A DNA stretch of 64,000 nucleotides from a virus (lineage: Duplodnaviria; Caudoviricetes). A program made the translations under genes and the position numbers. Location: the IMG/VR virus record IMGVR_UViG_3300031784_000003. One strand, 5' to 3'. The stretch's first letter is position 1; each line of letters starts with the position of its first letter. The notes under the pieces were generated by a model that was not told the origin of the DNA, did not search any database, and worked only from the letters and a program-made list of their open reading frames with translations. Positions 39,683 through 48,382 of this stretch are shown in pieces.

Positions 39683-40545
39683 TTTTTAATCCTATTTTTA
39701 ATTCCTAAAACATCTAAATTTAAATTTTTATCATGTTGATCCTTTGTACCATAATTTTTAAGAAACTTATGTGGTACACCTATATTAACTAATGAATATT
39801 TTTTACCCTCTAATGTTTTATTTATGTTATAATTTAAACCTCCTTCATAGAATGGTTCTACTACTATAATATTCTCATTAAAATTATTTTTCAGAGTTTC
39901 TCCGTCAAATGGTTTAATTGATGTGTAATAAAGAATAGTTACATCCATATCTATAGTAGATTCAATAACTTTTTGTAACATATTACCTACACAAATTATA
40001 GTTGCATCTTTTCCTTTTTTTATTACATTCGCTTTACCTAATTTCACATCAACGTCAATACTATTTTCATATTCACTTAATCTATAATAAGTGGGGTTGT
40101 CATTAGAAAACCCTTCCTTAAACAAAGTATCAAATTCCTTTGATGTTCCTGGTAAAATTACTTCCATATTAGGTATAGTTAATAATTGTTGAACGTCTCC
40201 AGGACAGTGGTGGGTTGGACCTAAACCCGCATAGTCATAAGAAGAACCTACACTCACAAAATTACCTTTAAAATTTTGATATCCAAAATCTACTTTTAAT
40301 TGTTCCAAAGATCTTTCCACTAAAAATGGCGCAATTGTATGTACTATAGGATTTAATCCCACACTAGATAAACCAGAAGATAAACTGATGGTACTTTGTT
40401 CTAAAATACCTATATTATAAACCCTATTAGGGTAATTTATAAATGATTCCCTAAACCCAAATACACCAATATCTCCTAATAGTAATACCGCATTTTGATC
40501 ATTTTTTAAAATACTTTCTACAGTTTTAACAAATTGTTTTCTCAT
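39667..40545 (-). CDS. Transketolase, C-terminal (pyrimidine-binding) subunit
   Basis: YNIGILEQS, GPTHHCPGD, PTYYRLS, SIKPFD, VVEPFYEGGL. Confidence 0.88.
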   Translation of the reverse strand: MRKQFVKTVESILKNDQNAVLLLGDIGVFGFRESFINYPNRVYNIGILEQSTISLSSGLSSVGLNPIVHTIAPFLVERSLEQLKVDFGYQNFKGNFVSVGSSYDYAGLGPTHHCPGDVQQLLTIPNMEVILPGTSKEFDTLFKEGFSNDNPTYYRLSEYENSIDVDVKLGKANVIKKGKDATIICVGNMLQKVIESTIDMDVTILYYTSIKPFDGETLKNNFNENIIVVEPFYEGGLNYNINKTLEGKKYSLVNIGVPHKFLKNYGTKDQHDKNLNLDVLGIKNRIKKCIES

Positions 40546-41273
40546 AATAATTCTGTAATAATTTTTTTATATTCATCATCATTTGGTGATTTATGATGCC
40601 ATTCAGGATTATTTTCCATAATACTACAACCTTTACCTTTAATAGTATTGCATAATATGAAAATAGGTTTATCTGAATTACTGGATAGTGCCTCATATAT
40701 TTCTTCGTTATTATGACCATCAACTTCTATACACTCCCAATTAAATGAAGTAAACTTTTTAATAACATCATCAATTTTTAGTGCCCTATCATTAGATCTG
40801 TTATAATCCATTATACAGTATAAATTATTTAATTTATGGTGAGACGCTAATAACGCAGATTCCCAATTAGTCCCTTCATTAGATTCTCCATCACCAATAA
40901 TTACAAAAACTTTATTATCATTATTTTTTATTTTTTCACCTAATGCAATTCCAACACCCATAGGTAAACCATGACCTAAAGATCCTGTTGATGCCTCTAT
41001 ATTCTTAACCCTATTTGATGGGTGACCCCCTAACATACTTTCATATTCACAAAAATTATCTAAGTCTTGATCCAATAAACCAAAATGCTCTAAAATTGCG
41101 TATAAACCTAAAGACGCATGACCCTTACTCAATATGAAGTGATGATCACTGTTTTTCAATATTTTATCATAAAGTACATATAAAATATTTAATACCGATA
41201 ATGAGCTACCAATATGACCTTCTTTAGATTTATGAGAAATGTCAATTATTCTTTTAATTATTTTTTTTTCCAT
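40542..41273 (-). CDS. Transketolase, N-terminal (ThDP-binding) subunit
   Basis: GHIGSSLS, ILSKGHAS, TGSLGHGL, GDGESNEGTNWES...N (GDG-x-N ThDP motif), TIKGKG, WHH. Confidence 0.92.
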   Translation of the reverse strand: MEKKIIKRIIDISHKSKEGHIGSSLSVLNILYVLYDKILKNSDHHFILSKGHASLGLYAILEHFGLLDQDLDNFCEYESMLGGHPSNRVKNIEASTGSLGHGLPMGVGIALGEKIKNNDNKVFVIIGDGESNEGTNWESALLASHHKLNNLYCIMDYNRSNDRALKIDDVIKKFTSFNWECIEVDGHNNEEIYEALSSNSDKPIFILCNTIKGKGCSIMENNPEWHHKSPNDDEYKKIITELL

Positions 41274-42076
41274 TCATTAATTTTTTCATATATTATGTCA
41301 TCAGCCACCAAATACTTTTTAGATAAATTAAAATTATTTTCGATACTTTTAATTTTACTAAGATACACATCTTTATTCAATTTAGGAATTAAATTTTGTA
41401 ATTCTTCGATTGTCTCAAAAAATAAAAATCCATCAGTGTCAAAAAAGTCCCCTATAGACGGACATCCATAATAGACAGGTATTGTTCCAGTAACTAAACA
41501 ATCTAATAATTTTTCTGTAAATAAATAATCCATTACCTGATTTTCCATTACAATACAAAACATATAATCCTTTAATACATCTATTTTATTTTCTATATGT
41601 ATATATCCTGAACCATAAACGTCAATACCTGACACATTTTGTATAACTTCATGTCTATATTTATGTGCTTTAGTTATTTTTTTGTTTGAGGCAATAGTGC
41701 AAATAATTTTATTTTCATCCTTATCATATATTTTTCTATCCTCTTCAGATATCCAACAACCTCCAATAGGTAACATCTCAAATTTGTCAGATAATTCTAA
41801 CAATTTTTTATCATAAGTAAATATTTTCTCAAAAAGATTATGATTTTTTATTGCAAAATCATATGTATGATTAGTAACTTCTGGCGGCTCTATAATCCAA
41901 CCATACAACCTTTTATCTTTAATATGATTAACAATTTCTAAATTTGTTGTCACAATATCATTTGTTTGTTCATAATTACCTCTAACCCAAACAAATTTTT
42001 GAGGTTCATTATACCAACTAGATGATGGTGCATGTGAAAATTGATTGTCGTATATATATAAATTATCTTTTTTCAT
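41258..42076 (-). CDS. GT10-like glycosyltransferase
   Basis: DYMFCIVMEN...YLFTEKLLDCLVTGTIPVYYG. Confidence 0.75.
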   Translation of the reverse strand: MKKDNLYIYDNQFSHAPSSSWYNEPQKFVWVRGNYEQTNDIVTTNLEIVNHIKDKRLYGWIIEPPEVTNHTYDFAIKNHNLFEKIFTYDKKLLELSDKFEMLPIGGCWISEEDRKIYDKDENKIICTIASNKKITKAHKYRHEVIQNVSGIDVYGSGYIHIENKIDVLKDYMFCIVMENQVMDYLFTEKLLDCLVTGTIPVYYGCPSIGDFFDTDGFLFFETIEELQNLIPKLNKDVYLSKIKSIENNFNLSKKYLVADDIIYEKINEWKKK

Positions 42077-42088
42077 TTTTTTCTATAA

Positions 42089-42700
42089 TCACCCTTTAAT
42101 ATAAAACGCATCACCCCAAGTTACGCCCTCCCAAGTTGTTTCAACTCTACTGAACCCATAAGAATTTAAAAATTGATCTAATTCTTCTACTTTAGCACAC
42201 CCTTTATATAATTCAGCTCTATTCACTTCAGTCATTACATAATCAACAGAATTTAAAAATTCTGAACCACCCTTAAATACTTCTAATTCATAACCCTGAA
42301 CGTCAATATTAATAAAATTATAGTTAATATTTTCGTCTATAAAATTGTCTAATTTTGTAATCTTAACTTTTTCTTTACCATTAAATTGAATGGTTGGATG
42401 TTGGACTAAATGGTAATCAGGTTCTAAAACAGAACTAGATTGCCCTTCATTAATTGTTTCAGTAAACATTTCTACCTCACCTTCTATATTACCCAACGCG
42501 GTATTAACTAATATTGCCTTATCCCCAACATTTTCTTTTAGTCTATCAAATGTTTTTTTTAAAGGTTCAAAAAACATAACGTTTTTAATACCTAATCTTT
42601 CGTAGGTTTGAAATTCTTGACCAATATGTGCCCCAATATGTAAAACACCTTTAATTTTTAAATTGTATTTTTCTTTTAAACTATCTAAATTTAATAACAT
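42089..42700 (-). CDS. FkbM-family methyltransferase
   Basis: VLHIGAHIGQE, FFEP, NIDVQGYELEVFKG, TEVN, WGDAFY. Confidence 0.88.
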   Translation of the reverse strand: MLLNLDSLKEKYNLKIKGVLHIGAHIGQEFQTYERLGIKNVMFFEPLKKTFDRLKENVGDKAILVNTALGNIEGEVEMFTETINEGQSSSVLEPDYHLVQHPTIQFNGKEKVKITKLDNFIDENINYNFINIDVQGYELEVFKGGSEFLNSVDYVMTEVNRAELYKGCAKVEELDQFLNSYGFSRVETTWEGVTWGDAFYIKG

Positions 42701-42766
42701 AAGAATTATTTTTTTTTATTATATAATATAAAATTATAGTAAAATTTTTTTAAAAAGTAAATGAAT

Positions 42767-43582
42767 TTATTTTAAAAATCCATTATCATAAACAACATTT
42801 ATTTTTTTCCATTTTGGTTCATAGACATCTGTATAATCTTTATGACCTTTTGGTCCAAACCAAACAGAAGGTACACATACCTTTTTGTTTTTATTTTTAT
42901 TTAGGTATGATCCCCACCAAGAAAAAGATGAATTAGACATAATATTATGATTACATAAACTAATTGCCCATAAATCTTCATAATCATTTAAATCGGTAAC
43001 AATAGTAGATTTATCATAATTTAAATTTTTTTCTGCCCATTCTTTATCATTTGTAAAAATAAATAAGTGAGAATATTTACCAATAGATTTTAGGGACTTA
43101 TCTATATAACTTTTTTCTATTACTGGTAAAATATCAGACACAGTTAAATAATCCCCTCTTCTAATATGAATAGATACTGAATTTTTTTCGAATATTAGTG
43201 GGTATAAAGTCATTAATTTTTGTTTAAACTCTTCAGTTGGTAAAAATAAGTTTTTTATATTCTCACTATAATTTTTAAAATTTTTACTACTTTGGTAATA
43301 ACCATAAAACATTATTGAGGTGTCATAACCATATTTTAAATCGTTATAATTCCAAGATATTTCGTCAACTCTTTTTTGTGGATTAATATTATCTTTAAAG
43401 TCAATATTTCTAAAGATATTATCTACATAGGTAATAGTTTGATTACCTTCCATAGGAAGAAATGAGAAAGGTTTAAAATAGACAGGTGTGTTATGAATAT
43501 ACCCTTCTGTTTTGGCTTTGGCAATTTGAAACATTTGATTACCCAAACCACCCATTAAATGTGTTGTTATAAATTTTTCCAT
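42767..43582 (-). CDS. GT11 alpha-1,2-fucosyltransferase-like
   Basis: MGGLGNQMFQ, SIHIRRGDY, CNHNIMSNSSFSWWGSYL; start moved to the ATG at 43582 next to the upstream stop. Confidence 0.9.
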   Translation of the reverse strand: MEKFITTHLMGGLGNQMFQIAKAKTEGYIHNTPVYFKPFSFLPMEGNQTITYVDNIFRNIDFKDNINPQKRVDEISWNYNDLKYGYDTSIMFYGYYQSSKNFKNYSENIKNLFLPTEEFKQKLMTLYPLIFEKNSVSIHIRRGDYLTVSDILPVIEKSYIDKSLKSIGKYSHLFIFTNDKEWAEKNLNYDKSTIVTDLNDYEDLWAISLCNHNIMSNSSFSWWGSYLNKNKNKKVCVPSVWFGPKGHKDYTDVYEPKWKKINVVYDNGFLK

Positions 43583-43583
43583 A

Positions 43584-44198
43584 TTAAAATAACCACTTAT
43601 AGTTAACATTTTTATTTTGTATATCACTAAAACTTTCTCTTTGTAACGCAATACTAGGATTAAACCCATAACAATTATAAGATTTTTGTATATCGGCATA
43701 ATATACGTCTATCGGTTTTCCTCTTTTACTTATTAAATCCAATATTAAGTCATAAATAGTATTGTTTATAACCACACAATGTATACCATATGTTTCATTT
43801 AATTTTATTATTTTTTCATTTAAAAAATTAATTTGTTTACCCATATGTTTATTGTGGTTTCCTCCAAAATATATCATATCCCAATCGGAAGGTAATAATG
43901 ACATATATTCATCTAAATTTTTTATTTCTTCAGTAAATTCTATATCATCTTCTAATATTAATATATTTTTATAACCTTTTTCCTTAGCCTCATTAATAAT
44001 GTTAATGTGGGTAGTTAAGATACCTAATTCTCCATTATTTATTGTAGTATTATTAATTAATGTGTTACCATCTACGGCAGAATAACGAGTAACACTATCA
44101 GACAATCCCCACTTACCTAATTCTTCTAGTGTTTCATTCCACCTATCTTCTCTGCGATCAAGATTTATACAATAAATTTTATCAAAATAATTTTTCAT
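43584..44198 (-). CDS. GT25 glycosyltransferase
   Basis: YCINLDRREDR, GELGILTTH, ILILEDD, MIYFGG, PIDVYY. Confidence 0.85.
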   Translation of the reverse strand: MKNYFDKIYCINLDRREDRWNETLEELGKWGLSDSVTRYSAVDGNTLINNTTINNGELGILTTHINIINEAKEKGYKNILILEDDIEFTEEIKNLDEYMSLLPSDWDMIYFGGNHNKHMGKQINFLNEKIIKLNETYGIHCVVINNTIYDLILDLISKRGKPIDVYYADIQKSYNCYGFNPSIALQRESFSDIQNKNVNYKWLF

Positions 44199-44201
44199 AA
44201 T

Positions 44202-45062
44202 TTAAATATAAGTTTTTAAAATTTCAGATTTATATTCTATAATTTGATTTAACACTCCATCACCTAATTTTTTTATATCCTCATATAACTCTTCTAATAT
44301 TAAGGAATCATTGTTAGATTGTATTTCGTGATATAAATGTAATAATTCGTTTTTAGGGTTGTCTACAGAATGAATCTTTTCTAAGGTTTCAACTTTATTC
44401 CAAAAAAATATATCTTCTGGTGACCAACCATAAAATAATTCAGGATCGTAACCACCAACATTAAAGAATAATTCTTTATTCACAAATATTGATCCACCAG
44501 GTGCACCATAATCACCTTCCCTAACTTCCTCCAAATTAATATCGTTAATATTTATTTCTTTATTTAATAAATTTTGTGATTGTTGTTCATTTAAATAAAG
44601 TACTCTACGATTAAAAAATGTTTGTAAACATTCTGATTTTTTAGATTCTTTATTCTCCATTAAATTTAAGAAAAAATTATCATAAACTAAACAGTCTAAA
44701 TCATGAAACAAAAAATATTTAGAATTTTTATTTAATAATGCACCAATATTATGACATAAACATTTATTGAATTTGTTTTCTACACTATTGATCCAATAAT
44801 ACCCTACCCCATAACTCTTACAAATTTCATAATATTCTCTATTTGTTGAATGTTCAACAATTGTAACATTAATTTTTAGATTTGTTTTTTCTATTGCAGA
44901 TTTTAAATGTGATAAAGATGCGTCAACAAAATTAATCCTACCTCTAACTGGTATTATTACACTAATATCAAACTTTTTAAATGGTTTTTTCTTTTTAATT
45001 TCTTTGTAAAAAACATCAAACCTATTAATATCTATTATATTTTTAATATCTGAAAAAATCAT
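44202..45062 (-). CDS. GT2/GT7-like glycosyltransferase
   Basis: ISVIIPVRGR, FLFHDLD, GGSIFVNKELFFNVGGYD..FYGWSPED. Confidence 0.72.
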   Translation of the reverse strand: MIFSDIKNIIDINRFDVFYKEIKKKKPFKKFDISVIIPVRGRINFVDASLSHLKSAIEKTNLKINVTIVEHSTNREYYEICKSYGVGYYWINSVENKFNKCLCHNIGALLNKNSKYFLFHDLDCLVYDNFFLNLMENKESKKSECLQTFFNRRVLYLNEQQSQNLLNKEININDINLEEVREGDYGAPGGSIFVNKELFFNVGGYDPELFYGWSPEDIFFWNKVETLEKIHSVDNPKNELLHLYHEIQSNNDSLILEELYEDIKKLGDGVLNQIIEYKSEILKTYI

Positions 45063-45694
45063 ATTTCAATAACTCTCCTATTATCTTCAACTTTATTTTG
45101 AATATCACTATAACTAACTCTTTGTAATGCAATACTTGGATAAAAAGAATAGACATTTAATTCTTTTTGTAATTCACTATAGTAAATGTCAACAGGTTTC
45201 TTACAACCTTTAATTAAGGTTAAACACTTATCATAACAAGTGTCTCTAAAAACAATACAATGAGTAGTAAACGTCTTACTACATTTAATTATATTATCAT
45301 TTATTTTATTTATTTTTTCTCCTTCATGTAGATTGTGGTTTCCACCAAAATAAAGAATGTCCCAATCACTTGGGACTATCGACATATATTCATCTAATTT
45401 TTTTATCTCTTCAGTAAATTCTATATCGTCTTCTATTATTAATATATTTTTATATTTTTTAGTTTTGGCTAATTGTAATAAATTTATATGGGTTTTTAGT
45501 AAACCCAATTCACCATTATTAACCCTAAATATATTATTATCATAACTTAATTTACTACCATCAACACCCTTAAATCTATTAACTCCGTCAAATAAATTCC
45601 ATTTTTTAAGTTCTGATACAGTTTCATTCCACCTATCTTTCCTTCTATCTAAATTAATACAAAAAACCCTATCAAAATATTTTTTTAAACTCAT
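45059..45694 (-). CDS. GT25 glycosyltransferase (paralogue of 43584-44198)
   Basis: FCINLDRRKDR, GELGLLKTH, ILIIEDD, ILYFGG, PVDIYY. Confidence 0.85.
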   Translation of the reverse strand: MSLKKYFDRVFCINLDRRKDRWNETVSELKKWNLFDGVNRFKGVDGSKLSYDNNIFRVNNGELGLLKTHINLLQLAKTKKYKNILIIEDDIEFTEEIKKLDEYMSIVPSDWDILYFGGNHNLHEGEKINKINDNIIKCSKTFTTHCIVFRDTCYDKCLTLIKGCKKPVDIYYSELQKELNVYSFYPSIALQRVSYSDIQNKVEDNRRVIEI

Positions 45695-47094
45695 ATCATA
45701 ATTTTATTATCTATTACGTCAAAATTTTTAGTTATTATTCTTTGATATAACTCCATATGGTTTTTATTTGCTTCAGTGGATACTGTCCCATCATTTTCAT
45801 GATGAAAATAGACAAATAATGGTTTTGGTATTCTTTTACCAACATAACCCTCTTTCATCATTCTAATCCACATATCATAGTCTTCCCAACCAATCATCTC
45901 TTCATCATAACCGTTAACTTTTTCAAACGATTCTCTATGGAACATAGAACAATTAACTATAAATGGGCCTTGTAATAATCTTTCTTTACTCCATTCAGGT
46001 CTTTTTTCTACACCTTGCGTTTGCCCAACATGATGTGTATCACAATACACTGGACTGATTTCTTTATTTTTTGTTAATATATTTACACAAGATCTAATAT
46101 AACCATCTAAAATCATATCATCAGAGTCTAATGGTAATATATATTCACCTTTAGAATGTCTAAACGCCTCATTTCTTGCAGATGAAGGTCCACCATTTTC
46201 TTTATAAACAACCTTAATTTTTTCTACATTTTCTAATTGTTTAAGTTTCGTCTTAACAAACTCATCTGTAGATCCATCATCCACTAAAATTATCTCAAAA
46301 TTGGTGTAATCTTGGTTAAATACAGAATTTAATGTTTGATTAATCCTATTACCATAATTGTAAATCGGCATCAAAATAGATACTAGTGGTTCTTTATCTT
46401 TTACTTTTTTAATGTTATATGTATACGGAATAATTTTAGGTAAACTTTCTTTATATTTCCCCACAAATTGAATTCTATTATCTTCCCATTGTTGGTTTGT
46501 TTGTCCGATAGATAAATGAGTTACCGCTATATCTGAAATAACACCAATATTAACACCGTTTAAAAAATTATTAAAACAAAAATCTATCTCATAAAAATGA
46601 AATCCTTTGAAATTTTCGTCAAAATCTTTAACAATATTATTTTTATTAACCGCAAAAAACAAACCGTCAACTATAATAGTATCTTCTATTTTATTACCAA
46701 ATGATTCATTATATTTTGATAACCATTTTCTACCTTCATGTTGGTGGTAGACTTGTCCAATAACTTCAGTCATACCATAATCCCACCATCTACCTGAAGA
46801 CGGCATATATTTAGTTCCTGCCTTACCAATAATACCATAATTAGGATTTCTTTTGAAGTGATTCAATATCTTATTACCCCAATTTTTAGTTTCCAAAATT
46901 ATGTCATCATGACAAAAAACCACAATATCATTTGTGGTTTCTTTTAAGGCTTTATTATAAATTTCTGTTAGAGAATATTCACCATTGTTTATATATTGAA
47001 TAACCTCCATATCTTTGTAGATACCAGAGGTTACCATTATATGTTCTTTATGTTTTGGATTATCTTCTCTAGTTGAGAATACTACACTAATCAT
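45691..47094 (-). CDS. Two-domain glycosyltransferase (StrF-like GT-A plus GT2)
   Basis: N-domain VVFCHDD...VDGLFFAV; C-domain VSILMPIYN, IILVDDGSTD, ARN, PLDSDD, WEDYDMW. Confidence 0.88.
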   Translation of the reverse strand: MISVVFSTREDNPKHKEHIMVTSGIYKDMEVIQYINNGEYSLTEIYNKALKETTNDIVVFCHDDIILETKNWGNKILNHFKRNPNYGIIGKAGTKYMPSSGRWWDYGMTEVIGQVYHQHEGRKWLSKYNESFGNKIEDTIIVDGLFFAVNKNNIVKDFDENFKGFHFYEIDFCFNNFLNGVNIGVISDIAVTHLSIGQTNQQWEDNRIQFVGKYKESLPKIIPYTYNIKKVKDKEPLVSILMPIYNYGNRINQTLNSVFNQDYTNFEIILVDDGSTDEFVKTKLKQLENVEKIKVVYKENGGPSSARNEAFRHSKGEYILPLDSDDMILDGYIRSCVNILTKNKEISPVYCDTHHVGQTQGVEKRPEWSKERLLQGPFIVNCSMFHRESFEKVNGYDEEMIGWEDYDMWIRMMKEGYVGKRIPKPLFVYFHHENDGTVSTEANKNHMELYQRIITKNFDVIDNKIMI

Positions 47095-47230
47095 TTTTTA
47101 AACTATTATAATATTTTCTTATTTCATTACCTAATGTTTGATCATTAGGAAATTTTAAAATCATTTCTAAAATATGAAAAGAATCAATCTTTTTTGATAA
47201 TTCATATTTTTTAGGATCAATGTTTACCAC
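47087..47230 (-). CDS. Possible small protein missed by the track (47 aa, GTG start)
   Basis: Translated by hand: MVNIDPKKYELSKKIDSFHILEMILKFPNDQTLGNEIRKYYNSLKND; fills the gap and overlaps both neighbours. Confidence 0.35.
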   Translation of the reverse strand: MVNIDPKKYELSKKIDSFHILEMILKFPNDQTLGNEIRKYYNSLKND

Positions 47231-47792
47231 TTGATCCGAAACCTGTGTTACCTCTTTCTGTTTCATTTAATTTATCTACTTTGATTAAATCTGATATACC
47301 TTGACCTACTACATTCATTATCACACCTTGTGCAATTCTTTCTCCTGGCTCTATAGTATATTCTTCGTTACTTAAATTAATTACTATAATACCTACATCA
47401 CCTCTATACCCTTCGTCTACAGTACCAGGTGTGTTTAATACTGAAATACCGTGCTTCAATGCCATACCACTTCTAGGTCTAACTTGTAATTCAGTATTAG
47501 ACGATAATTCAAACTTTAAACCAGTAGGGATTAATTTTCTTTCTAATGGTTTTAATGTTATAGGTTTATCTATAAATGCTCTTAAATCAAAACCACTATC
47601 CCCTACTTTAGCATATTCAGGATCAGGATTATTTGAACTATTAGTGAATTTAGTTTTTATCTTAAAATAATCAATATTAACATCTAATAAATTCTTACTT
47701 TCGACAGATTCTATATGTGACATTAATGATTGTAATTCTTCTAATTGTCTAAGTTCTTCTTCAAAAGAAGAGTCTAAATCGTTTACTTCCAT
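47217..47792 (-). CDS. dut: Trimeric dUTPase
   Basis: GDSGFDL, QVRPRSG, NTPGTVDEGYRG, RIAQ, RGNTGFGSSG. Confidence 0.95.
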   Translation of the reverse strand: MEVNDLDSSFEEELRQLEELQSLMSHIESVESKNLLDVNIDYFKIKTKFTNSSNNPDPEYAKVGDSGFDLRAFIDKPITLKPLERKLIPTGLKFELSSNTELQVRPRSGMALKHGISVLNTPGTVDEGYRGDVGIIVINLSNEEYTIEPGERIAQGVIMNVVGQGISDLIKVDKLNETERGNTGFGSSGKH

Positions 47793-48355
47793 TATTTATT
47801 TTTTTTACATTCTATTATTGATAATTCATTTGCCTGTTTTAAAAGTGTAGATAATGTTGAACCATACCATTTAGATTGTTTATCATCTTCCGATTTATCA
47901 AAATTAATAATTGACTGATATTCTTCTTCAGTTAAACTAACACCATAAGTTAATGCATAATATGCGGATCTTTCACCTACTCTCATAGAAATAAGATCCT
48001 CATTAAAGTCATACATTTTACCTGCATTTTTTCTATGCCATTCAGATTCACAAAATTTAAATAAGAATGTCTTACCTATTTGGTGTAAAAAACATACCTT
48101 AATTATTGATTTTTTGTCCACTCTTAAATTTTCAGGTAAACTTTCATTTAATATTACCGCATATTTTGTAACTTTCAAAATATGATCAATCAAACCACCT
48201 GGAAAGGCATTATACATACTTTCCATATTTGATGCTGGTGCAGTAAACAAATCTTCTCCTAAAAATTCTAATAAAGAATGAGTAAAAGTTTCATTGGACT
48301 GGCAAGTCTTCTCAAACTTTTCTCTATTCTTAATAATTTTTTCTTTTAGTTCCAT
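47792..48355 (-). CDS. HD-domain-like phosphohydrolase with an HD-to-HQ change
   Basis: AFPGGLIDHILKV ... CFLHQIGK, where YhaM-like HD proteins have GGL.EH ... LHDIGK. Confidence 0.65.
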   Translation of the reverse strand: MELKEKIIKNREKFEKTCQSNETFTHSLLEFLGEDLFTAPASNMESMYNAFPGGLIDHILKVTKYAVILNESLPENLRVDKKSIIKVCFLHQIGKTFLFKFCESEWHRKNAGKMYDFNEDLISMRVGERSAYYALTYGVSLTEEEYQSIINFDKSEDDKQSKWYGSTLSTLLKQANELSIIECKKNK

Positions 48356-48382
48356 ATTCTTTTTTTTATAAGAATAATGATT

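Noticed and set aside
39667-41273. Transketolase as a pentose-phosphate auxiliary metabolic gene
   Set aside because: It is the split two-subunit form, coupled to SDR and methyltransferase genes inside a glycan locus, with no talC, zwf or gnd in the window.
43583-43699. N-terminal extensions given by the ORF track (GT11 from 43699; also the lipoprotein from 49711)
   Set aside because: The GT11 extension overlaps the upstream gene and the lipoprotein extension overlaps the promoter; the downstream ATGs give family-typical N-termini.
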